This document shows, piece by piece, positions 1-7,067 of a stretch of DNA of 38,865 nucleotides. The DNA is from Planctomycetota bacterium (GTDB taxonomy: Bacteria; Planctomycetota; GCA-002687715), in the NCBI GenBank assembly GCA_013213915.1, contig JABSRK010000004.1, positions 1-38,865 of the forward strand. The letters are read 5' to 3'. Position 1 is the stretch's first letter, and each line of letters begins with the position of its first letter. A program made the position numbers and the translations under genes. The notes beneath the pieces are model-generated. The model was not told where the DNA came from, did not search any database, and saw nothing but the letters and a program-made list of their open reading frames with translations.

Positions 1-260
1 GGCCACGACGCCTGCCCTGCGGGACCTGCCGGCAACGGCCCGGGTCCATGGAGCCAGGAACGTCCGTCCGGAATCATCGGAGTACCGCCGATTTCGACGA
101 GCCCCGCGATGTGCTCCACCGCGGCGAGCGTCTCGCGCTCGGGCGCGTCCCCGTCCAGTGACGGCCGAACGACTGCCGCCAGGGCGAGCAGCACGGTGAT
201 GCACACCATGAGGAGGACGAAGGTCATCCCGGAATCTGTACGGAACTGAACCAGGTTCAT
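1..260 (-). CDS. hypothetical protein, 5' part only (continues past left edge), N-terminal hydrophobic helix
   Basis: Minus-strand ATG at 260 (alternative ATG at 227) with an open frame to position 1. It translates as MNLVQFRTDSGMTFVLLMVCITVLLALAAVVRPSLDGDAPERETLAAVEH... Third codon positions are GC-rich like the real genes here. It is absent from the ORF track because it has no stop codon in the window. Confidence 0.4.
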   Translation of the reverse strand, partial: MNLVQFRTDSGMTFVLLMVCITVLLALAAVVRPSLDGDAPERETLAAVEHIAGLVEIGGTPMIPDGRSWLHGPGPLPAGPAGQASW

Positions 261-376
261 GCCCTCACCATCGACCGTGATAGGCGCGCCCATTGAGAGC
301 TTTCTGGAATCTCCAGAGCAAGCACTCAGTTCGAGACGCGGGGATCCGACCATTCCATTGGGGAATCCGTCCGACC

Positions 377-1495
377 ATGACAACGGCCACCAAAACCGGG
401 CTCAACCCAACGCAGCAGCAGGCCCTCGAGGCGTTCACCAGCAAGCTCCTGGGACGACTCGGAGACAGCCTGCGCATGCTCCTTGGGAGAGAATTGACGA
501 TGGGGCCGGGGGACGTGGCCATCCTCGACGGAGCGGATATCCGCATGCGGCTGCCGGCATCGGCAGCCGGTCTCTCCGTCGATCTTGAGGGAGCCGATGC
601 GCCCGTTCTCGCGCTGCTCGAGCTGCCCCTCGCGCTCAGCCTCGCGCACCTCGCGCGCATGGGCGCGCAGGAGGAACTCGAGACGCTGCGAGATTCTCCC
701 CCCTCCCCGACCAATGACGACTTGGAGCAGCTCCGGACGACGTCCAGCTTCTTCGCCGCCGCGTTGATCGACCTGTGGCCGGGAAGCGAGCCGGGAGAAT
801 CGTCGGAAGTGGTCCTTCTCCAGGACGGCGCCTGGCAACCCGATCAGCACCCCCTCGGCGAAGGTGACTATTTGCACGTTGAAGCGCACTGCTCGCTCGG
901 GGAGCTGACCAAGGACACGTTCTCCCTGTTCATCCCGTTGAGCGTCGCCGAAATCCTCGTCCCGGTGCTGGCGCAAGAGGATTCAACTCTGGCCTCGAAG
1001 TCGGAATCTCAGACCCTGGCGCGCGGCCGAAAACCAAACACCCCAGGGCCACAGGCCGGGCCCACAGCAGAGGTGGATACGACCCCAACGCCTGCCAGAC
1101 GAGCGACGAATCTCGGCCAGCCGAATCCCGTGGTGTGCATCGATGCGGATACGGTCGCCGATCGCGGCGCCTCGATACTCGAGAGCGGCACCGTCGAGCG
1201 ACTCTCAGACGTCGGATCGCTCGAGGCCTGGTTACAAAAAGGCCACGTCCCGGCGCTCGTCATCGCACGGATCGCGGGTGGAACGGAAGACGATCTCGAC
1301 GAACTCGCCCGTCTCACGCGAGATCACCCTCTCCGCGAATATCCGGTGATGGTCCTGCTGGAAAACCCAGTGAAGCGCACGGTCCTGCGCTGCGGACGGC
1401 TCGGTCTCGTCAACGTGCTGCCCGACCAGGCCCACCCGGACGTGGCGTGGCGACGCGTCGCGTTGTGGCTGCGCCGCCGCGCGGTCACAGCATGA
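377..1495 (+). CDS. CheC/CheX/FliM-fold domain protein with C-terminal degenerate (pseudo) receiver domain
   Basis: ATG at 377 inside ORF 293..1495, with strong GC3 bias. The N-terminal segment ALEAFTSKLLGRLGDSLRMLLGRELTMGP keeps the E-x2-(N/T)-x22-P spacing of the CheC-family motif. A Pro/Thr-rich linker follows. The C-terminal part (VVCIDAD...PALVIARIAGG...PVMVLLEN...VNVLPD) has a CheY-like beta/alpha pattern but lacks the acceptor Asp. Confidence 0.6.
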   Translation: MTTATKTGLNPTQQQALEAFTSKLLGRLGDSLRMLLGRELTMGPGDVAILDGADIRMRLPASAAGLSVDLEGADAPVLALLELPLALSLAHLARMGAQEELETLRDSPPSPTNDDLEQLRTTSSFFAAALIDLWPGSEPGESSEVVLLQDGAWQPDQHPLGEGDYLHVEAHCSLGELTKDTFSLFIPLSVAEILVPVLAQEDSTLASKSESQTLARGRKPNTPGPQAGPTAEVDTTPTPARRATNLGQPNPVVCIDADTVADRGASILESGTVERLSDVGSLEAWLQKGHVPALVIARIAGGTEDDLDELARLTRDHPLREYPVMVLLENPVKRTVLRCGRLGLVNVLPDQAHPDVAWRRVALWLRRRAVTA

Positions 1496-1862
1496 ATGCG
1501 GTGACCACGTTGCCAAGTCTGAAAATCAGGAACAGCCGGGCGCCCGTCCCGTGTCGGGGCAACAACTCCATACGCCCCTGCTTGTAGATCTTCCGTCCAA
1601 CGAAGATCTGCACGAACCACATGACGAGCCCGCTGATCGCGAACGCGACGTGGATCGTGGTGATGGCGTTACCCGCGCCCACATCGCGATAGGCCCGCGC
1701 CACGGCGCTGTTGCTCAGCTCGACGGCGAGCAGGAGCACGAGGTCCAGCGCGAAGGCCGTCAGCATCATCTTCACGTGAAGGTCACGCCTGTGGTGCATG
1801 AACGCACCGACCAGGATGAACAAGAAAATGGTGACGTTGGCGACGTGGAACAAAACGGACAC
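1485..1862 (-). CDS. small integral membrane protein (4 predicted TM helices), possibly DUF420-like
   Basis: 125-aa ORF with four hydrophobic stretches. It lies 51 nt downstream of fliN on the same strand and may be co-transcribed. The family assignment is from memory only. Confidence 0.5.
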   Translation of the reverse strand: MSVLFHVANVTIFLFILVGAFMHHRRDLHVKMMLTAFALDLVLLLAVELSNSAVARAYRDVGAGNAITTIHVAFAISGLVMWFVQIFVGRKIYKQGRMELLPRHGTGARLFLIFRLGNVVTAFML

Positions 1863-1913
1863 GGCTCGAGGAGTTTCGCCCCGAACCGCAGAGCTTTCAA
1901 GCTCGAGTGAGAA

Positions 1914-2312
1914 TCAGGAGACGCGATCGCCGGGCGCGATGATCTCGGCGAGCCGGATGCCGTAATGGTCATCCACGACGACGACCTCACCACGAGCTAC
2001 GAGCTTCCCGTTCACGAGGAGATCAACCGCCTCCCCCGCGGAACGCTCGAGGTCGATGACCTGGCCCTCCGTCATTGAAACGACCTCGCCGATGCTCTTC
2101 TTGACGTTGCCGAGCACCACCGAGACCGGCACTTCGACGTCGAGGATGAGGTCGAGGGTCTTGCCGTCTTCGTACCGTGAGGTCGCCTCGCTCGTGACGA
2201 TCTCATCGAACGCCACGGGATCGACCTGCACTGCGGTATCCACGGTCGCGGTCAGGACAGGGGCCACGGAACCGATGTCCGGGGTCTTCTCATCGAGGTT
2301 GTCTGCGGTCAT
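1914..2312 (-). CDS. fliN: flagellar motor switch protein FliN
   Basis: The C-terminal SpoA-type sequence VPVSVVLGNVKKSIGEVVSMTEGQVIDLERSAGEAVDLLVNGKLVARGEVVVVDDHYGIRLAEII is typical of FliN. Its start overlaps the fliM stop (ATGA). Confidence 0.9.
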   Translation of the reverse strand: MTADNLDEKTPDIGSVAPVLTATVDTAVQVDPVAFDEIVTSEATSRYEDGKTLDLILDVEVPVSVVLGNVKKSIGEVVSMTEGQVIDLERSAGEAVDLLVNGKLVARGEVVVVDDHYGIRLAEIIAPGDRVS

Positions 2313-3292
2313 GCGTCTGGGTCCTGTTTTTCGGGAACGACTCCGGAACCGCTTCCTAAGCGGAAGACCAACCGTCGTCCGGATCTGTGTAGCCGGCCCT
2401 TCAGCTTGGGCCGTCCTTCTACGAGCAAGTCGAGCGCGGCCTCGACGGGACGGTCGAGTAGCACGACGTCGCCCGTCTCCAACGCGAGTACGTCTCTGAC
2501 CGAGAGCGCCGCTTCGCCGACGCGCACGCTCACGTCCACGTTGACGCCCACCATGTGTTCTTCGAGCTCGGCGCGGGACTCGGGCGCCGTCGGCGCCTCG
2601 TCCTTATCGAAGCCATCATCGCGCCGATACTGCAGCAGTCCCTCAAGCCCCTGAAGAGGCATGGCGAACCGGAATCCGTGGCCCTCCGCGAAATCACCGA
2701 GCTGATACTCGGCCACCAGCACTGCGTCGTCCCGTCGGACCTCACGCATGAAGCGCGGGACGCTGACCGTGCGACGGAAGGACGGGCTGAGCTTCATGTA
2801 GCGATCCCACGCGGCCACATGCTCAGACACGATGCTGTCCACGACCTCACCCAGCACAGCGACCTCGGTAGAGGTCAGATCGCGGCCGGCACCCGCGCCG
2901 CTGCCCGTTCCGCCCAGCAGGCGGTCGATGCATGCGTACGCGAATTCGAAGTCAAGCACGAGGTACGCCGGGCACCGCAGCGGACGCATGTCGAACACGA
3001 ATCCGCAGCAAGGCTCTTCCTGTCGGTCCCTGAACGTCTCGAACCGCTCCTGGTCGAGCTTCTTTAGCGTGACGCCGAGATCCACTCCGACCATCGAACG
3101 CAGGGCCGTGCGCATGCCGCGCGCCGCTTGTTCGTGCCGGATCTCCAGCGCCTCCAGGATGGGCTTGGGAACACGATTGGGGCGATCCAGGTCCAGGCTC
3201 GCCACCTCCGTCAGGCTGGATCCGTCGCGGCCGCCTTTGAAGACGCGGAGGAGATCGTCGATCTCGGTGGTTGTTAGATGTTGCTCGGCCAC
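2309..3292 (-). CDS. fliM: flagellar motor switch protein FliM
   Basis: N-terminal CheY-P binding-type motif LTTTEIDDLL, a CheC-like middle domain and a C-terminal FliN-like domain (VSVRVGEAALSVRDVLALETGDVVLLD). The start codon is GTG. Confidence 0.9.
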   Translation of the reverse strand: MAEQHLTTTEIDDLLRVFKGGRDGSSLTEVASLDLDRPNRVPKPILEALEIRHEQAARGMRTALRSMVGVDLGVTLKKLDQERFETFRDRQEEPCCGFVFDMRPLRCPAYLVLDFEFAYACIDRLLGGTGSGAGAGRDLTSTEVAVLGEVVDSIVSEHVAAWDRYMKLSPSFRRTVSVPRFMREVRRDDAVLVAEYQLGDFAEGHGFRFAMPLQGLEGLLQYRRDDGFDKDEAPTAPESRAELEEHMVGVNVDVSVRVGEAALSVRDVLALETGDVVLLDRPVEAALDLLVEGRPKLKGRLHRSGRRLVFRLGSGSGVVPEKQDPDA

Positions 3293-3347
3293 GTGTTTGT
3301 CTATCGGTCAGCAAACCCGTCTCACCTGTAGCCTTGATCTGCAACTC

Positions 3348-3364
3348 GGCCACGTAAGTGCCGC
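3348..3364 (-). promoter_or_regulatory. weak sigma-54-like -24/-12 element upstream of fliM
   Basis: The minus strand reads cGGCACttacgtGGCc. The GG-N10-GC spacing is correct and about 8 of 12 consensus positions of TGGCACG-N4-TTGCW match. It lies about 45 nt upstream of the fliM GTG. Confidence 0.3.
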
Positions 3365-3406
3365 TACGACAGACTGATGTCGAAAGTCGCGACAGATTCA
3401 GGGGGC

Positions 3407-3429
3407 AACTGTCGCAGAGTCCGACAGTT
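3407..3429 (-). terminator. stem-loop directly after the SDR stop codon (8-bp arms AACTGTCG/CGACAGTT, 7-nt loop), no U tract
   Basis: Perfect inverted repeat at 3407-3414 / 3422-3429, adjoining the TGA at 3429-3431 on the minus strand. There is no T-run, so it may act as a terminator, attenuator or protein-binding site. Confidence 0.3.
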
Positions 3430-4112
3430 CAGGCGGTCGCGCCGCCGCAGACGTTCAACGCCTGCCCCGTGATCGCCGCCGCATCGGGGCTGAGCAGGAA
3501 CGCGACCGCGGCCGCGACCTCCTCCGGCTGAGGGGCGCGGCCGATGGGGGTCTGCCCGGTGGCCGCCAGAACGGCGTTCACCGTGATCCCCTTCGACGCC
3601 AGCTCGAGCCCGAGGGCGCGAACCATGCCGACGACCGCCGCCTGGGACGCGCCCGCCCCATGGAGGCTCTCAACCCCCCCGCGCGCGAGCTGGGTCGTGA
3701 CGGCGACCATGCGTCCGCCTTCGTGCAGAAGCGGCAGGGTCGCCCTGAAGAGGCGGAAGGTGAACGCCAGGTTCGCCTCAAGGTGCGCGTCAAAACCCCC
3801 GGTGTCCGGGGCGTCGAGCGCCGTCTCCTCAGAACGATCAGCCACCACGACCACTGCATCCAGGGAGGGAGCCCATTGACGAACGGCATCGAGCGCCACG
3901 TCGCTGGACCCACGGTCGTCGAGATCGCCGGTGATGACATGGGCCGTGCCGGCGCCGAGGTGGGCCCTGAGCGCCATCCCCTCGAGGGAGGCTCTGTCCT
4001 GGCCTACCAGGACAGAATCCCAGCCCACATCCATCAGTCCAGAGGCGACGCTGCGACCAATACCGGCGTCGGCGCGAAACACGGCGACGCGCTTCCTGAC
4101 GGGAGGTACCAC
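3429..4112 (-). CDS. short-chain dehydrogenase/reductase (SDR) family oxidoreductase
   Basis: N-terminal Rossmann motif variant (RADAGIGRSVA) and the typical C-terminal block ITVNAVLA...G....PEEVAAAVAFLLSPDAAAITGQALNVCGG. The start codon is GTG. Confidence 0.8.
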   Translation of the reverse strand: MVPPVRKRVAVFRADAGIGRSVASGLMDVGWDSVLVGQDRASLEGMALRAHLGAGTAHVITGDLDDRGSSDVALDAVRQWAPSLDAVVVVADRSEETALDAPDTGGFDAHLEANLAFTFRLFRATLPLLHEGGRMVAVTTQLARGGVESLHGAGASQAAVVGMVRALGLELASKGITVNAVLAATGQTPIGRAPQPEEVAAAVAFLLSPDAAAITGQALNVCGGATA

Positions 4113-4174
4113 GCCGGGATGGTATCAGTTATGGGGGCGCCAACGACGCTGACGCCCTCCGCTCAAGTCTCGCC

Positions 4175-4390
4175 ATGCCCCGTGCCGACGCCACGAGTAT
4201 GGCCTCCGAAACAAAGACCGGGAAGCGGCGCTGGATCGGCATCATGTTCGAGTGTTGTGCGATCTACAGCCGGCTGTACCGGGCGCCGGGCTCCACGGAA
4301 TACCGCGGCCGCTGTCCACGCTGCCTCCGAGCGCTTCACCTGCCGGTGGGCGAAGGCGGAACAGACTCGAGGCAATTCCGCGCGAAGTGA
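4175..4390 (+). CDS. small Cys-rich (CC...CPRC) zinc-ribbon-like protein
   Basis: 71-aa ORF with GC3 bias. It carries the cysteine pairs MFECC and CPRC about 22 aa apart. No obvious SD precedes any of the three in-frame ATGs (4175, 4199, 4244), so the true start could be 4244 (MFECC...). Confidence 0.45.
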   Translation: MPRADATSMASETKTGKRRWIGIMFECCAIYSRLYRAPGSTEYRGRCPRCLRALHLPVGEGGTDSRQFRAK

Positions 4391-4422
4391 CGCGAATCTC
4401 GACAGGCGTCGCGAACTCAGGC

Positions 4423-4442
4423 GTCACCGGGGCGACGGTGAC
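4423..4442. promoter_or_regulatory. perfect inverted repeat GTCACCG-N6-CGGTGAC about 95 bp upstream of the fliO sigma-54 promoter (candidate UAS or I-shaped terminator of the preceding small gene)
   Basis: 7-bp arms at 4423-4429 and 4436-4442. An AT-rich TTGATAAT patch at 4475-4482 lies between it and the promoter. Confidence 0.3.
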
Positions 4443-4520
4443 GACGATCGAACCCCCAGGCGGGGTCCTATCTGTTGATAATCGCAGCGCTTTCCCGGTC
4501 CGGACAAGGGATCGGACGAC

Positions 4521-4536
4521 GGGCACGCCCCTTGCT
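4521..4536 (+). promoter_or_regulatory. sigma-54 (RpoN) -24/-12 promoter of the fliOPQR-flhBA-fliA operon
   Basis: gGGCACGccccTTGCT matches TGGCACG-N4-TTGCW at 11 of 12 specified positions with exact GG-N10-GC spacing. It sits in the intergenic region immediately 5' of fliO. Confidence 0.6.
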
Positions 4537-4547
4537 TATTCCCGGGC

Positions 4548-5231
4548 ATGGGAAGGATCCGACGTAGGCGTGGCGACGGCAGCGCGATGCGAAAGCTGGC
4601 TATCGGCTTCGGTATCGGTGCTCTGCTGATCGCGTGTACTTGGGCAGCACGGGCGGCGCTCGACAGCAACAGCAAGCCGAGCGCTGCAGTGGAACGGACC
4701 GCGCAGGAGACCACCGCCGAGCCCGCACTCGCGGAGGAGGAGCTCCCCGCGGAGAAGCTGGGGCTCGTCGAAGAGACCACCTCGCCGGTCCAGGTGCTCG
4801 TGTCCCTGCTGATCGTCGTGGCGGTGATGGTCGCCTTGCTATGGGGGCTCAGCCGTCTCATGCGGCGCGCCCGCCTGACGCCGGGGCGTAACCGCGATCT
4901 CGACCTCGTCGATGCGTTGTCCCTTGGGGGAAAGCGTCAGGTGTACGTCGTGGCGTACAAGGACCGCACACTCGTCCTCGGGTGCGGCAACGAGGACATC
5001 CACCTGCTGGCGGAGTACGCCGCAGATGAGTTCGAAAGCGCCGACTCCGAGTCAGCTCCGTCGCGCATCGACCATCAAGCACTCAAGAACCGCGGGGATC
5101 GCGAGGACACGATCGAAATCAGCTCGGCCGCACGGACCAGGCAGACCCCCGCGGGCGCCCATCGCGTGCCGACCGCGTTCCGACACCTGCTCGCCGACTC
5201 CATGGACTCCAGCGGGAGCTCGGATAGGTGA
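4548..5231 (+). CDS. fliO: flagellar biosynthesis protein FliO
   Basis: It sits immediately upstream of and overlapping fliP. A single TM helix (VQVLVSLLIVVAVMVALLWGLSRLM) is followed by the FliO-type block DLDLVDALSLGGKRQVYVVAYKDRTLVLGCGNEDIHLL. An alternative start is ATG 4587. Confidence 0.75.
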   Translation: MGRIRRRRGDGSAMRKLAIGFGIGALLIACTWAARAALDSNSKPSAAVERTAQETTAEPALAEEELPAEKLGLVEETTSPVQVLVSLLIVVAVMVALLWGLSRLMRRARLTPGRNRDLDLVDALSLGGKRQVYVVAYKDRTLVLGCGNEDIHLLAEYAADEFESADSESAPSRIDHQALKNRGDREDTIEISSAARTRQTPAGAHRVPTAFRHLLADSMDSSGSSDR

Positions 5232-5992
5232 TTCGCTTCGCTGGAATCGTCGGTCTGCTCCTGTTGCTGTGCGGCGCTGTCGTCGCACAGGACCTGCCGC
5301 TGCCGGATCCCCAGACTCCTGAAGCCAGCGAAGCTCAGACGGCACCGGACCCGACTGAGGACCTGTCGGCGCCGGTGAAGATCGTCCTCATCCTCACGGC
5401 GCTCACCGTGCTGCCTGCGCTGGTCATGACGGTGACGTCGTTCACGCGCATCATCATCGTGCTGTCGTTCGTGAGGAAGGCGCTCTCCGTACAGGAGATG
5501 CCGCCGAACCAGGTGCTCATCGGACTCGCCTTGTTCCTCACGATCATCGTGATGAACCCCGTCATCGGCGAGGTCAACGATCAGGCCCTGCAGCCCTACC
5601 TGGACGAGCAGATCTCGTTGAAGGAAGCCGCCGACCGCGGCGCTACGTCGCTGTCCGGGTTCCTGCTTGCCCAGACCCGCAACGAGGACCTCGTCCTCAT
5701 GGTCGACCTCACGCGAATGGAGAAGCCCGAAACGCCGGAGGACGCACCGCTGCACGTGCTGGTTCCCGCGTTCGCCCTCTCCGAATTGCGCACCGCATTC
5801 CAGATGGGGTTCCTCGTTTACCTGCCATTCCTCGTCGTCGACCTCGTCGTGGCGAGTGTGCTGCTGAGCATGGGCATGTTCATGCTGCCGCCCGTCATCA
5901 TCTCGACGCCCTTCAAGATCTTGCTCTTCATCCTCGTGGACGGCTGGGATCTGGTCGTTCGCTCGCTGGTGCAGAGCTTCCAGGGAGGATGA
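5228..5992 (+). CDS. fliP: flagellar type III export apparatus protein FliP
   Basis: Signal-like N-terminus plus the conserved MTVTSFTRIIIVLSFVRKALSVQEMPPNQVLIGLALFLTIIVMNPV block. GTG start overlaps the fliO stop. Confidence 0.92.
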   Translation: MIRFAGIVGLLLLLCGAVVAQDLPLPDPQTPEASEAQTAPDPTEDLSAPVKIVLILTALTVLPALVMTVTSFTRIIIVLSFVRKALSVQEMPPNQVLIGLALFLTIIVMNPVIGEVNDQALQPYLDEQISLKEAADRGATSLSGFLLAQTRNEDLVLMVDLTRMEKPETPEDAPLHVLVPAFALSELRTAFQMGFLVYLPFLVVDLVVASVLLSMGMFMLPPVIISTPFKILLFILVDGWDLVVRSLVQSFQGG

Positions 5993-5995
5993 CGC

Positions 5996-6268
5996 GTGAC
6001 TCCTGATGCTGTGGTGGAAATCGGGCGGGAGACGCTGTTCACAGCCATGATCCTCGCCGCACCGGTTCTGTGCGTCGGCCTGACAGTCGGTCTGCTCGTC
6101 GCCGTCTTCCAAGCGGTCACGTCCGTTCAGGAGCAGACGCTCTCCATGATTCCAAAGATGCTCGCTGTCGCCGTGACGCTCATCCTGCTGATGCCATGGA
6201 TGATCAATCGCATCGTTGTCTTCGCGCACGCCGCGTTCGAACAAATGTCCGGGATCACGAACGGCTAA
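5996..6268 (+). CDS. fliQ: flagellar export apparatus protein FliQ
   Basis: 90 aa with two TM helices, MTPDAVVEIGRETLFTAMILAAPVL...VTSVQEQTLSMIPK. Its position between fliP and fliR fits. Confidence 0.9.
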   Translation: MTPDAVVEIGRETLFTAMILAAPVLCVGLTVGLLVAVFQAVTSVQEQTLSMIPKMLAVAVTLILLMPWMINRIVVFAHAAFEQMSGITNG

Positions 6269-6281
6269 CCGGGAATCGGGG

Positions 6282-7064
6282 ATGGAAGAACTCGGACTAG
6301 AAGGACTCGACGGCGTGATCCGGGCCACCGGTCTGCATGTCGCGCGCATCATGGGTGCCATCTGGTTCTTGCCAGTGTTCTCCCAGGGTGGAGCGGGGCG
6401 ATTCCAGAAGATCGGACTGTCTCTCGCCCTCGGGGTGATGATCGCGGTCGCGCGCGCAGATCGACTCGAGGACCCGGGATCGGACGCCCTCGTGCTCGGC
6501 CTCGCGACGAGTCGGGAGATCCTGTTCGGGCTCGTATTCGGATGGATCGCGGGCCTGGTGTTCGAAGCCGCCCGCATCGCCGGCGCGCTCATCGCTACGG
6601 AGATGGGCTTGAACCTGTCCAACCAGATAGACCCCATGACCGGGCTCAGCCAGCCCCTGCTGTCTCAGTTGTTCATGAGTCTCGGCGCCCTGATCTTCTT
6701 CATTTCAGGAGGACACGCGCTGGTCCTCACCGCGCTCGTCTCGTCGTTCGACGGCGTGCAACCAGGGTCGTTCTCGCTCGGGCCGGAGATGTTCGAGCCG
6801 CTGCTGGGCTTCACCCTCGCCATGATCGGAGCGGGCGTGAAGATGGCCGCGCCCGTCTTCATCCTGCTCATCATCGTGACGGTGTGCGTCGGCTTCCTGG
6901 CCAAGGTCGCTCCCCAACTGCACATCCTCGAGGCCAGTTGGCCGCTGCGCATCGCCTCCGGCCTCGTGCTCATGATCCTGTTCCTCCCGCAGATGCTGGA
7001 GACCTTCGACGGGGTGCTCCAATCCATGGGCGTCCGGCTCCACGAGATAGCAGCCGGAAGGTAG
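6282..7064 (+). CDS. fliR: flagellar export apparatus protein FliR
   Basis: Polytopic membrane protein following fliQ. ATG 6282 was chosen within ORF 6216..7064 because it avoids overlap with fliQ. Confidence 0.85.
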   Translation: MEELGLEGLDGVIRATGLHVARIMGAIWFLPVFSQGGAGRFQKIGLSLALGVMIAVARADRLEDPGSDALVLGLATSREILFGLVFGWIAGLVFEAARIAGALIATEMGLNLSNQIDPMTGLSQPLLSQLFMSLGALIFFISGGHALVLTALVSSFDGVQPGSFSLGPEMFEPLLGFTLAMIGAGVKMAAPVFILLIIVTVCVGFLAKVAPQLHILEASWPLRIASGLVLMILFLPQMLETFDGVLQSMGVRLHEIAAGR

Positions 7065-7067
7065 AGC

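Noticed and set aside
305-320. Sigma-54-like GG-N10-GC element (TGGAATctccagaGCA) upstream of the CheC-like gene.
   Set aside because: Only about 7 of 12 consensus positions match. GG-N10-GC spacing alone is expected often by chance in GC-rich DNA.
5075-6637. Very long antisense or overlapping ORFs: 5075..6637(-) 520 aa, 7515..8717(-) 400 aa, 16332..17861(-) 509 aa, 18544..20094(-) 516 aa, 36477..37463(+), 36901..37977(-), 10501..11625(-), 13262..14455(+).
   Set aside because: They lie opposite to, or out of frame with, genes that have unmistakable flagellar or enzyme signatures. Their translations are Arg/Gly/Asp/His/Pro-rich and low in complexity. These are the typical stop-free shadow frames of high-GC DNA.
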